From Geosiphon pyriformis uo1 (Eukaryota > Fungi > Glomeromycota): DNA of 64,000 bases. A program made the translations under genes and the position numbers. Positions 1-11,484 of this stretch are shown here, piece after piece. Positions within the stretch are counted from its first letter, which is position 1. Every line of letters starts with the position of its first letter. Under the pieces are notes generated by a model. That model did no database searches and was not told where the DNA came from. It saw only the letters and a list, made by a program, of their open reading frames with translations. The stretch spans positions 124,001 through 188,000 of the forward strand of contig JAAOMT010000309.1 in assembly GCA_016748015.1 (NCBI GenBank). The letters are read 5' to 3'.

Positions 1-5
1 CTGGT

Positions 6-3000
6 GTGGCAGTTGTTATGGACTCTTCTTTGGCAAGGCATGTATGCAAAGTTTTTGAAGTGCCTGGCCGGCTTCTGTCTATTAGATTACTTTTCAAGAA
101 TAAGCTCTCAGTGTCAATTCTGGGGCTCTATGCTGGTGCTTCTTTGGTGGTGTGGTTTTCTCAGGCTGATGAGATTAACTCTCTTATTGCAAGGGCTGTT
201 AATGAATCTTCTTTCGTCATTCTCGGGGGTGATTTTAATGAAGATGGTTTTCATAAAAGTGCAAGTTTCAAAAGATGCTTTGATTTGGGTCTGGTCAATT
301 CTTTGGTTGGTAGCCCGGCAGTGAAAATACCCACTTGGGAAAATTCTAGGGGTGTTAAGAAAACAATTGATTATGTGTTTGTCTCCTCAAGTCTTGTCAA
401 TGCAATAGTGCATCGTGAAGTTTTGAATGTCAGTGGGCATTTTGACATGGATCATCAAGCTGTTTCAGTGGATTTGGGTTTGGGTGGGCTCTTGGATATG
501 TATTTGAATTCTCTTTGCAAGCAAGCAAATAGAAATAGTTGAAAGTTTGACATCAAAAGTGCCAATAAAGCTAAGTGGTTGGAGTTCAAGGATGCTTCAG
601 CTGCTAATGTTTCTATGTTCTCAGATGTTTTTGGCATAGCAGTAAGGTTTTCAGATGTGAACATTATGTGGGATATTGTTTGCAAGATTATGGTTTTTTC
701 AATAAGTGGGACATTTAAGAAAAAATGGTTCAAAGGTTTTGATGGTGTGTTTACCAAGACTTCTTCTAGGTTTTACAAGCTGGAGCAGCTGGTTTCTAAG
801 TTGGTCAAGGCTTTGCGTTTGGCTTTTAGTAATGGTTTTGCTTTTTTGTTGGAGGTGTGGCACAGACTCGACTCCCCTGGTGCATCGGTGGTCAAGTCTC
901 TGTTTCTTTTAGGCTCTAATTTTGATCTTATTTGTTCTGTGCTGGCCAAAGTAAGGAAATCATACCACTTTTTCAAATTATTAGAATCCAAGCACGCTGA
1001 GAAATCCTCAATCAAGCAGGCTATTAGTAAGAGAATGGAGAGTTTTGAGCTGAACAAGGGTCACACCATTAGGAGTGTTTTGAAGCGTCTTTTTCACAAG
1101 GTGGTCCTAAATCATCTGGTTGTAGAAGATAAGTTGATTTTAGAGCCTGGTTTGGTTAAGTCTAAGGTGGACAAAATTATGGAGGGATAGACCAGAAGAC
1201 GTGAGGTGGTGTCTGACTTATCTGGGGATTGGGCTTGTTAATATTGGCCTCTGAATTACGTGTTTGATGGTACTTTCTCTGATGTCATGTGTTCGATTAG
1301 TTTTGATGAGTTGTCAGCTGTTGTTAAGGATCTTCCTAATAGAAAAGTGGCTGGTCTTTCTGGTATCTCCAACGAATTATGGAAACATTGTGACAAATCT
1401 GTTTTGGATACGCTTTTGGTGCTCTTGAATTTCTGTTTGGTTGGTGAGTCGGTTCCTGGGCCTTGGAGAGAAGCTTGGGTTTCGATGATTCCTAAACCAT
1501 ATGAATGGAAAGGAGTTTTCATGAACACCCATCCTATAGCTTTGATTGAAACGGCCTGTAAGATTCTTTCCAAGATTCTTTCAGATAGGATCTCTCTGGC
1601 TTGCAGCACTTTTGATGTTCTTTGTGGGGACAATTTTTTGGTTTTGAAAGGTATGACAATGCAATCTCCCATTTTTGCTATCGGTTCTATAGTTAAGGAT
1701 GCCTTGGAGAAGAACTGTAAACTGTGGCTGGTTTTACAAAACATGTGCAAGGCTTATGACTCGGTTGGTTGGGAACATCTTAGGAAGAATCTGGTTAAGA
1801 TCAAAATGTGTGACAGGTTTATTAGATTTTTTGGCAGTATTCACAATGGTCGTATCAACAGAGTGATGACTGACTTTGGCTTGACTGATGGGTATTGTGT
1901 CTATGATGGACTGGATCAGGGAGAAGTTTTCTCGCCTCTTCTCTGGCATATTTTTTATAATCCACTTTTGTGTGAAGTCAAGAGACAGGATAGTGTGTAT
2001 GGCTACAAGTTGAATTTTTATTTCATATTACAAACTGGCCGGGTGGATCCTCAAGCTGGGCTGTCTTTGTTTCTTGCTGCCGGCACTTTTGTCGATGATA
2101 CTATTTGGGTTGGTAGCAGCCAGGCTGCTATACAACGCATTCTTGATATGGCTAGTGAGTTTTTCAGATTTAACGATATTTCTGTAAATAATGACAAAAT
2201 GGTGGCCATTCCCATCAATTGCTGGGTGCTGGACCCTCATTTAACTATCAGTGGTGCGCCTATTTCTATTGCCAAGAGAGGGGAATTTCATCATTACCTA
2301 GGCATTTTTTTATCTTCTGAAGGTCTCTCAAAGCCCAGCTTAGCTAAAGCCCAGGCAGATGTGCGGTTTTTTGTGAATCTAGTTTTGAGAAAGGCAGTTT
2401 CTGATAAACAGTGTGCGTATTTGGTGTCTGCGGTTTTTTTTCCTATTATCAGCTATAGAACTCAGTTTAGTTTCATTTTTGTGGGCATTTGTAACAAATG
2501 GGATGCTCTGGTGTGCAAGATCTTGAAGTCCAAGTCTGGATTGCTCCATAATTTCCCCAATAATGCACTGCACCACCTCTTATTGTACGGTTTGAAAACT
2601 TTTGAGCAGATTCAAGCTAAGAGTAAATTGGTGTCTGCTGTTGCTTTCGCAAACTCTGCTGGTATTTTGGGTCACTTTTTTTCTCATAGAGCTCATAATC
2701 TTCAAGTACTTAGCTGGCGCCCATGTCACCCTTTGCTGTTTTTATCTCGTATTGGTGTTAATTCCTCAAACAATTTTTTGGCTGGTGTGGTTCGTATTTT
2801 TTCTGGATGTGATTTGTCTTTGGGAGGCCCTCTGGCTTGTGCTTTTTGTCATCAGTGCAGTACTCCTATGTCTTTGGTTCTTGGTGAATCCTGTTTTTTC
2901 AAGTGTATCTCTTCACTCAGGTGTTATGAAATTGCTTTCGTGGAACAGCTTCATGACCGTAATGGTAATGTTTTCAGTTGGGGGATCTTCAAACATTGGA

Positions 3001-4472
3001 AGAGACTAGACCCTCGTGGTCCAGTTCCTTTCTGGTTTGTTCTTTCCGTTTGCTTTCTTGGTAGTGTTGTACCTCTCTTCTCAAATTTTTTTTTGGTGGA
3101 TGGTCATGCTGTGTCTAATATTTGTCTTTCTCATGATTTTGGTGTGGTTTGTAACACTTTGCCAACTGTTGATGCTGTCCGCCTTTCTGTGTATACGGAT
3201 GGATCTCTTTCTGGTCTGGGCACTGTTGACATGAGAGCAGGTGCTGCCGTTTTTTTTGAGGACATTAATTTGGGTTTGGGTGTTAGAGTGTCTGGTTTGG
3301 TTTCTTCTATTCTGACGGAGCTGCAAGCCATAGCTTTGGCCCTTGAGTGTGTTCCTTTTTCTCATTTGATTGACTTGTTTTCAGATAGCCAAGCTGCTTT
3401 GGATGCATGTAGGTCAGAGTCTTTGCTGGTTCATTTGGATTTCAGGAACTACTGTTGGATTGAGCACCATCACATTGTAATCATTATTTGTCAAAAAAAT
3501 TTGGATGTGAATTGGGTTAAGGTGAAAGGTTACTCAGATGTCTCAGACAATGAGCGTGCTGATGTGCTTGCCAAAGATGCTGCTTCCTCTGCTTGGCACC
3601 TACCTCATTTAATCAGTGAACGTTTTCTATGTACTGGTGGTACAGCAGTTTCTGGTAATTCTAGACACTTTGTTCATGATGTTTTCCGGTCAGTTCATCG
3701 AGCTTGTTAGGAGGTTGGAGCAGATTCTCATGTTGTGGATGATAGTTTGCGTGCTGATATCAATTGGTCTAAGTCTTCTATGGTGTGGCACCCCAATTCT
3801 CACTTGGCATCCAGTTTTACCAGCATGTACACAGTGGACTGTTGTACTTACTTTATGAAGGCTCTTCATCATTGGCTTCTTGTTGCTGTGTACAAGTGTT
3901 TATATGATAGGAGATACCCCAGTGTGGTCTGTCTGTTCTGTGGTGATGTTAAGACCTCAGATCATGTCTTTTCGTGTCCTCAGGATGCCATTGGCCATGC
4001 TCATTTGTTGGGCACTCATGCTTCAGCTTGAGAGGCTCTTTCTGGTTTATCTCGCCCTTTTTCATGTGTCTTACAGGCCTTGGCTTCTTGTGTTTCTGAA
4101 ATTGGAGTTGGTGTTGCTCTGTATAAAGGCTTTGTCTTTGATGAATGGTTTTGTGAGTTGGTCTTGGTTTTTAAAGATTCTAAGGAGGGTACTAAAAGAA
4201 TTGTGAGCTTTGTGCATGAGTTCTGTCTTGTATTTTGAGATGATATTTGGTTGGTCTGCACCAGACACCGAGCGTTTATGGAAAAGCACGGTTTGATTCC
4301 ACATGATGGCTCCATTTCTGCTTCTGTTTCTGGTTTGCCTATGGTGTTTTCGGCTGGTGTGGTTAGATTGCTGGGGGTGGCTGAGGCTTTTGGAGTTGGT
4401 TTCAGGTTTTGTAAGTTTTGTCCATTTTTTTCAGGTATTGGAGATTTGGTTTCTGTGCATATAGATATATAG
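6..4472 (+). pseudogene. LINE ORF2 (APE-RT-RNase H-CCHC), inactivated by nonsense changes only
   Basis: ORF pieces 6-542, 579-1190, 1260-3710, 3735-4031 and 4251-4472 are all in one frame. The stops are one or two transitions from Trp/Gln/Arg codons; no frameshift seen. Confidence 0.93.
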
Positions 4473-4586
4473 TGTAGTCCTGACTGGCCCGAGTGGCTGG
4501 TCATGTGTAGAAAGCACATGATTTACAATTAGTTTAGATCATTTGTATGATGTATAGCACTAGGTTGCATTTGGACCTTACTCGTT
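4473..4586 (+). promoter_or_regulatory. Conserved LINE 3' UTR with candidate stem-loop
   Basis: TCATGTG-TAGAAAG-CACATGA inverted repeat at 4501-4521. Homologous tails at 4624-4701(-), 24270-24385(-), 46400-46515(-), 63794-63908(+), and decayed at ~15040-15095(-), ~34590-34642(-), ~40990-41047(-). Confidence 0.7.
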
Positions 4587-4623
4587 AAAAATAAAAAAAA
4601 AATAAAAAAATAAAAAAAAAAAA

Positions 4624-7600
4624 CTAAATGATCCAGGACTAAATATAGTTCATGTGCTTTCTACATATAACTAGCTACTTGAACCAGTTTAGACTATACT
4701 ATATTTAATACACCAGAAGAAAACTTACTCAAAAATAACATCCTTTGAACAATCTTAAACAATAAAGCACTATTAAAAACCAAATCCACTAACCAATTAG
4801 CTGTTTTAAAAACATCTAATTTAACATCAGCCAATTTATGCTCTTAAAGTAATATTAAGTTAGAAAACATGTTATCATCAAAATCAGACAGACCTATATA
4901 AGAACCAGTTATATCAATATTATTAAAACTACATTTATCTTTTAGGGCAATTATATTTTGCTTCAACTTACCTACAATCTTGCTAAAAGTATCTATATGT
5001 ACCAAAATCTCTTTAAACTTAAGGCCAATATTACTACTTAAAACCAAATCTCTATTAATAAACTATTTAAATACTTTAATCATAAAACCAATTGGTTTAA
5101 CAATAGAATTGATCAAAGTAATAAGTTTGACCAAATCAAATTCCAATAATATTAACTGAAAAAAGACCATAGAATTATCAGATGTAATTTTAGTAGGAAC
5201 AGCTAAATCATTTAAAGTATTAGAAACTAAAAAAAGCACAGAAGCAACAGCTTTAGTATAAAACTTGTTATTAATACCATAAAAGATAAATATCTTGGAA
5301 GCCTTAAAAGAAAGAGGTAAAAACATCTTATAATCCAAAGCCAAATAATTTGAACCTTGAGATCAAAAACAGTACCAATTACTAAGAGTTTTTTATCAAA
5401 TATGGCACTTTCTTAGCATACTAGTCTTTAATATTGCAGTATTTAAATCAACCAGAGAACCAAATGTAACCAGAGCAAACCAGAAACAATGATCAGACTT
5501 AAAAGAATGGAGAATAAAACATGTTTGACCACCAATTTGAGAAATCATATTACTAATTTCAAAAGCTGTACAACCAGAAGGGAGATTAATTAACTTGGCT
5601 TTAAACCTATTATGAGACAGAATAGTTTTATTCTAATTCACCAAGAAGAGGATCTTAATACTATCTTTGTCTACCAAAATTGACCAATAATTTAAAGCAG
5701 ACACAACAGAGTTCAACTTTTTAAAATGAATAACTACATATTGGCAAATACCAACAAGCTTCAATACAATACAAGTAATACAACCAAACACACAAAAAGC
5801 AGTCCTAATATTAGCAGCAAACACATCCAAAAACACATCATGTAGCACAACAGCAACAAAAAGAGAACCAGACTTAGAAACCACCAAAAACTTGGCAATT
5901 TTGAAAGTGACAAGATTATTAAAGTTTGTAAGCTCAACCAAAAATACAGCATCTAAAAAACTTTAAAAAGCAAACTTAAAAAAAAAGAACTTTATATTGT
6001 TTTTAGTAACAAATTTCACACTTAAGAAACCATATACAGACTAAAAAACAGCCTTAATATACAAGAAGATATAAAAAGTATTAGATACTTAATATAATAT
6101 ATATAAAAAGCTATATATAGTAATATCATTATCAATTTAAGCCATAATTTTTTTTATAATTACTTATAGTTATAATTTACAAATTAACATAAATCACATC
6201 TTTATAAAACACAATAGTGAATCATACATATATATATAAAATATCAAATATTTTTGTTATGAAAAAATTTACCACATCAAATATGTCTTGAAAAAAAACT
6301 TTCTAAATACGAAAAAGAAGGAATTATTTTAACAATAAAGTTAGAACATACAAACAGTGAGATTTCTATGACTATTAAATGTTCATATTTTTCTGTAATA
6401 CATGTATAGAAGTCATACAAGTTAAAAAAAACTTCCTAAAAAATGAACAGGTTGACCACAAATTTTTAACAAATGTGCATGTGAACAACTCAAATATTCA
6501 ATATTGAAGAATAAAAAAACCTGCTACCAAATTTTTTCTCAAATACAATTGAATTTTATTAAAGATACTAACAAATCTATTTCTATACAAATTATTCAAA
6601 ATGAATTAGCTTAAAAAAGACTTTGTTTATGTATTTCTCATCTCAAGTCATTAATTTCCAAATTAAATAAAAAAAAACATTTACAATGGGCTTATATTTA
6701 TGAAAATTAGACAATAGAAAATTTTAAATAAGTTGTTTGGTCAGATGAATCTACATATACACAATTTAGGACTACAGAATTTGAACATGTATGGTGTAAA
6801 TCTTCTGAAAAGTTTCATAAGAATTGTATTGCAGTCACAGTTAGAAAAAGCTTTAGTTGCATGTTTTGGAAATGTTTTTCATAAGTTGGTTTGGACTCTT
6901 TAGTTCCTTTGGTTGGTCATATTACTGAAATTATATATCACGAAATCTTGGCTAATTATGCAATTTCTATGGTAAAACTTTATGCAAAAAAAACTAAAAA
7001 AAAGTTTTTTTTTCAGGAAGACAATGCACCAATCTATACATTAAAAGTCACACATTCTTTTCTTACTTCTTTAAATGTTGAATTACTTTCTTAGTCAGCA
7101 CAAAGTCCTGATATTACTCTAATAGAAAATTTTTGGTCATATATTAAAGTTAAAATTCGTCAATGTAATTCACAACTCTCAAATATTGTACAATTGGAAC
7201 AGTGGGTTAAAGAAGAATAGAATGCAATATCTGTAAATTACTATTGTAATTTAATCAAGTCTATGTCATATTGAGTTCAAGCTATTCTTGAAGCAAATGA
7301 GAGTCAAACAAAATACTAACATGTATTTTAATATAATAATAATAAATTAACAATTCATAAGTTAGTTCTTTTATATAACATATTATAAAAGTGTCCAATA
7401 CTTTTTATACCCCCTTATAAGTCAATTTGATCTTAAAAATAATACCAAACACCAAAGAGGAAGCCACCCATTTAGCAAATCTTTAATAATTGGCAATAGT
7501 TTTTTAAGCACTATTAGTGACAACACCAGAAATCAAAAGAAAAAATGATTTAATATCTATTTAGTTAGTCCAGTTCTCAAGAACAAGTAATACTGCAGGA

Positions 7601-8215
7601 GTTGATTGTTTTGCTTCTAAAACTGGCAATAATTTGCCAAAAGACATCACATTTGGCAATACAGCCAGTGATTAATTTTGGTCTATCTTAAATAATATGT
7701 CAAATGATACTATAGAAATCTCACCTAAAAATTCATTGGGAACCATAAAAAGATTCAATATAACAATAACAGAAACAAGTAACTGCTTCCACTTTTCTGA
7801 ACTTTTGGTGTTTTTGATCATTTTTTTTGAAAAGGTGGTACTAGCAGCACCAAGTGTTAAAGCTATGAAAAGAAAGACCAGTTTGTTGACTAATCTGTTA
7901 TTAAAAATTTTTGGGCTTTTTAAAAAAGTAAAAACAACACTGAAACTAACCCAAATGTGTCTCTTTGAAAGAATTTTAACTGAAAAAAAACCAGCCAAAA
8001 ATGAGAAAAATGTTTCAGTAGTTATCAAAGACAGCTTTTTACAGTTACTAAGTAAAAAAAAGACTTCTAAAATGTTTTGTCTAATTGCTTCTATAATAAA
8101 GAGAGCTTTTCTGGTTAAAATTTTATTAAGTATCTTAAAAAAAATAGCAGATATAGCATTTTTACTCTTTGTTTTAGTCATGATCATAAAAATAAGAAGA
8201 CAAAAAGTTTAATTA
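4624..8215 (-). mobile_element. ORF1-only (Gag-like) non-autonomous retroelement carrying the LINE 3' tail; interrupted by Tc1
   Basis: Minus-strand ORF pieces 7672-8187, 5633-5941, 5063-5344 and 4844-5047 form one decayed ORF. VVLHDV...WSILVDKDSI aligns by eye with LINE ORF1 VVLKKI...WSILIGKDAV. Decayed knuckle CF*SQGSNYLALDY at ~5330-5372. The ORF ends ...KFSSGVLNIV* at ~4695, inside a copy of the LINE 3' UTR, with no ORF2 sequence. Confidence 0.78.
6062..7417 (+). mobile_element. Tc1-family DNA transposon (DD34E), full length but decayed
   Basis: 29-bp TIRs at 6062-6090 and 7389-7417 that differ only by transitions; TA at 6060-6061 and 7418-7419; transposase remnant ~6283-7319 with VWSDES, FQEDNAPIY and QSPDITLIENFW (34 residues between D and E). 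Confidence 0.93.
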
Positions 8216-9214
8216 ATGTATTTATAATATGTAATATTAATATATATAGAATTTTAATATTTATTTATTAGTAATTTTAATAAATATTAGTTTAATTAAA
8301 ATAAAAAATAACTTTTTTTTATTATGTTTTAAGTAATTTATAGTGTTTTATATTAAAAAATACTTTATTATAAACAATTATAATATTTATTAATATTTTT
8401 TTATATATAATTAAATATAAAATTATAATATAAAATAATATTATATATTACAAAATCAATTTAGCAATTTTTAAATTTTATTTTAATGTTGTATATTTAC
8501 TATAATAAAATTAAATTTTCAGATTATGTGTTTATGTATATTAATAATACAAATATTTAATTAAAATTGTTTGATATTTAAATAAATATATGAATTTTTT
8601 TAATTAGTTATCATATTATATTTTTTAAATTTTTTAAATATTATTATTTAAAGTTTTTAATAATAGTTTATATATAATATTAAGCAAAAATTTTGTTTTA
8701 AAAATTAATATAAAAAAACATACATTGTTTTTAATAATGCCAAATTTGTAATATTAAAACTAATTAATTTTATATATAACTTGTTTATTAATTATCATAA
8801 TAAAATATAAATTTATAAATTTAAATAGAAATTAATTTATATAAATGTAATTTGGTTAATAAAAATAGTTTTGTTAATTTATTAGTTTATAATTTGTTGT
8901 TAATTTTATTTAATAGTATAATATATTTATTTAATATTTTTAAAGTATATATTATATTTGTTTTTTTTTGATTTAAATTATAATATATTAATATATATAA
9001 ATATATAATATAATTTTAATTGGTTTAAAAATTTAATTATATGTAATAAATATTTAATTTATATTTAATTTAAATTTTTAATTTATTATATTATATTAAA
9101 TAGCAAATAAATTATATTTATTAAATAAAAAATAAAATAAAAACATAAAAATTTAATATTAATAATAAAAACAATCTATTTTTAAAGTAATTAAAAAAAA
9201 TTGAAAAAAATATT

Positions 9215-9835
9215 TTGTTTTAGATATTAATTTTTTAGCTGTTAAAAAAAAATGTCATAGATAATCAGGAAGTTATTTTTAACTGTATATAGTTTTAGAA
9301 GAGTTATCATTTTTTTAAAATTTCAAGAAATTATTATTGGCTGCAAATAAAAGAATCTTGGTAAACAGTAATCTTAAAAAACAAAAAGTACATTTAGATT
9401 GAATGGTGATTATCAAAAAATTCTCATGGATACTTTTAAGAAAGCAATTATTTTAGCTTTGTTCAAGTTCAGTAATATTGTATTATTTAAGTGAACTGTA
9501 GCAGAAGGCTATGATAAAGTTTGCTAAATTAGATTAAGCTTCTATATCTAAAATAGGTGAAAAGAAACATTTTAAAAGAACAGTATATCTATGTTATGTA
9601 TATTTGTTGCTTTATTTTTACTTGCATTATTTTGACAAACTATTCATTATTAACATGTCAAACTTTTTTTGGAAAGCTTTCTTAATGCTATATGTTTTGC
9701 TACTGTTATTTATCTAAAAAAAAAGGAACAGCTTTATAATCACTACTTCTTGTTAAAGATCTAGCAAAACATGCAGTAAATTTCTTATTAACAAAAATAA
9801 CTGATTTTGAATAAAAAATGAGAGTATTGAAAGTT
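9215..9835 (+). mobile_element. Heavily decayed LINE ORF1/ORF2 fragment
   Basis: Residual ORF1-like translation (LDINFLAV; ILVNSNLKKQKVHLD*MVIIKK; LALFKF) similar to ORF1 of the other LINEs; many stops and deletions. Confidence 0.5.
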
Positions 9836-10129
9836 TTACCACAGGTTAGTACATTCTATATTTAGTCTTTTCTATAATCTACATCTAGTGATAATTTCAC
9901 AGCAAATACTACAATATTAATATATTGCTGGTTAGAAAAGCTGGCCTAGAAGAGTAATGTTGTCAGGAAAAGTTTCTCATGATGTTAAGAGTTCCAGCCA
10001 CCCTAATCATATTTGTATACTGTTAATAGAAAAGCCAGTCCAGAAGAACAATGTTGCTTCTATCCAAGCAAAAAATACAGCAATAAATTGTCTTATATTT
10101 CTGAAATAACAGCATATAAAACACAAGTA

Positions 10130-10790
10130 AAATACAACAGAAAACAAAAACTTTGACAACAAATTTGTTAAAAACTAATATAAATATATTTTACAAAACA
10201 ACAAAAAGATATTTAAAATTTCTTAGATATTAAAAAAACTTTTTTTTAGCAAAACTAATGCTTACAAATAAGCATAAAAAAAACTGCATAGAATAGGCTT
10301 ACTAATGTTTAAATAACAATAAAAACTAAACTGTATTTACAAATAAAACAGCATTTTGTTTATTTAAAAACACATTAGAACATTGGTATAAAAGTTTGTA
10401 AATATCAAAAGACTGAAGAAAAATTTTTGTTTGGTAGTTTTTATAGAGGAAAAAAACCTAATTTATTTTGTTTACTAGTATAATGAACGGTAAATTTTAT
10501 ATTGAAATTTTCCACATTTATTTCTTTAAAATTAAAAAAAATACTAGAACATAAATGATGGTTTTAATAAAATAATAATCCAAAGCATAAATGTAAAATT
10601 GCTTAGGCATTTATTGCTGAAAATATCTATAATTTTATTAATTGGCTTGTCAATTTACTTAATTTAAATTCAATTGAAAACTTATAGGCTATTGTTAAAA
10701 AAAGAAGTGCCAGAAGATCTAAACTGGTTAATATTATTTATGGAAATAACTTTGTGTGAGTGAATAATAGTGTATAAATTTTTTTTATTA
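10130..10790 (+). mobile_element. Second, more decayed Tc1 transposase remnant
   Basis: KLMLTNKHKK, FTNKT (from FTDET), GSFYRGKKPNLFCFTSIMNGKFYIEI, **NNNPKH (from QQDNDPKH) and WLVNLLNLNSIENL* (from WPxNSPDLNPIENLW); D34E spacing preserved; TIRs not found. Confidence 0.75.
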
Positions 10791-11484
10791 GTTGAAATAT
10801 AATAACTATTTTTCTAAATAAGGTTTAAATCTTAATTTTTTTTTAATCAGATTCTCTTTTGAGTTTTGTTTCTTTTAATAATTTAAAGATTGTTATTTAT
10901 TTAAATAAGAAAACATAAAATTTTGATGAAAAAAAAAAACATTAAAAATTTCTTTTTTTTTTGTTTTTAAAAAATATGCAAATAGTTTAGAGATGATTAA
11001 ACAGGATGACCAAAAATTATGACAATGATGCTATTCTTTTAAAATTTAGTGTTATCTAAAAGAGTAATGAAAAATTAGAAGTTTTCCAAATTTAATGAAT
11101 TATAAAACTCTTAGTTATGACCACTAGTGACAATAATTAATCATACTATGTTTTATATTGTCAAAATTAAAAGTCCTTTAGCAAAATAAATAAAATAATA
11201 CAAATGTCTGTAAATTTTTATTGAAATCTTTTTTTAAATAAATATTAAAAACTAATTCTATTTTATGAAATAATATTATGCATTTTTTTCTAACCCATTT
11301 AATTAACATGATATTCATTGCTGACTAAAAAAAATCTTTTAATTCCAGACTTAAATACAATTTTATTCCTTAAACAATAAAGACTCTGATTAACAAAAAA
11401 GATAATTTGACATAAAATAAGTAATTAAAAAGGTTACATAGGTACACTTCAAGTTAAACACTACTTAGTATGAATGATAGTTTC

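Larger units (their letters stand above)
1..4623 (+). mobile_element. LINE (non-LTR retrotransposon), 5' part cut by the window edge; ORF2, 3' UTR and A-rich tail
   Basis: APE motifs (ILGGDFN, TIDYVFV, DHQAV); RT (PIALIET, KAYDSV, GLDQG, FVDD at 2088-2099, YLG); RNase H (VYTDGS, ELQAI, FSDSQ, NERAD); C-terminal CLFCG..DHVFSC; stop at 4472; tail of A runs broken by T at 4587-4623. Confidence 0.96.

Noticed and set aside
540-4239. Alternative genetic code or stop read-through (TGA as Trp)
   Set aside because: TAG and TAA occur too, stop positions differ between copies, and all are explained by transitions.
455-4519. Many antisense and alternate-frame ORFs over the LINEs (also 7697-8212, 30372-30752, 51349-51729, 57814-58254)
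   Set aside because: Shadows of the retroelement frames caused by biased composition; no independent motifs.
4478-4525. Hammerhead ribozyme in the LINE tail (CTGA...GAAA)
   Set aside because: No CUGAnGA core, and the stems do not fit the three-way junction.
8215-9200. Replication origin, centromere or organelle-derived AT island
   Set aside because: No periodicity or diagnostic motif; consistent with end-stage decay of a repeat, and I cannot assign it.
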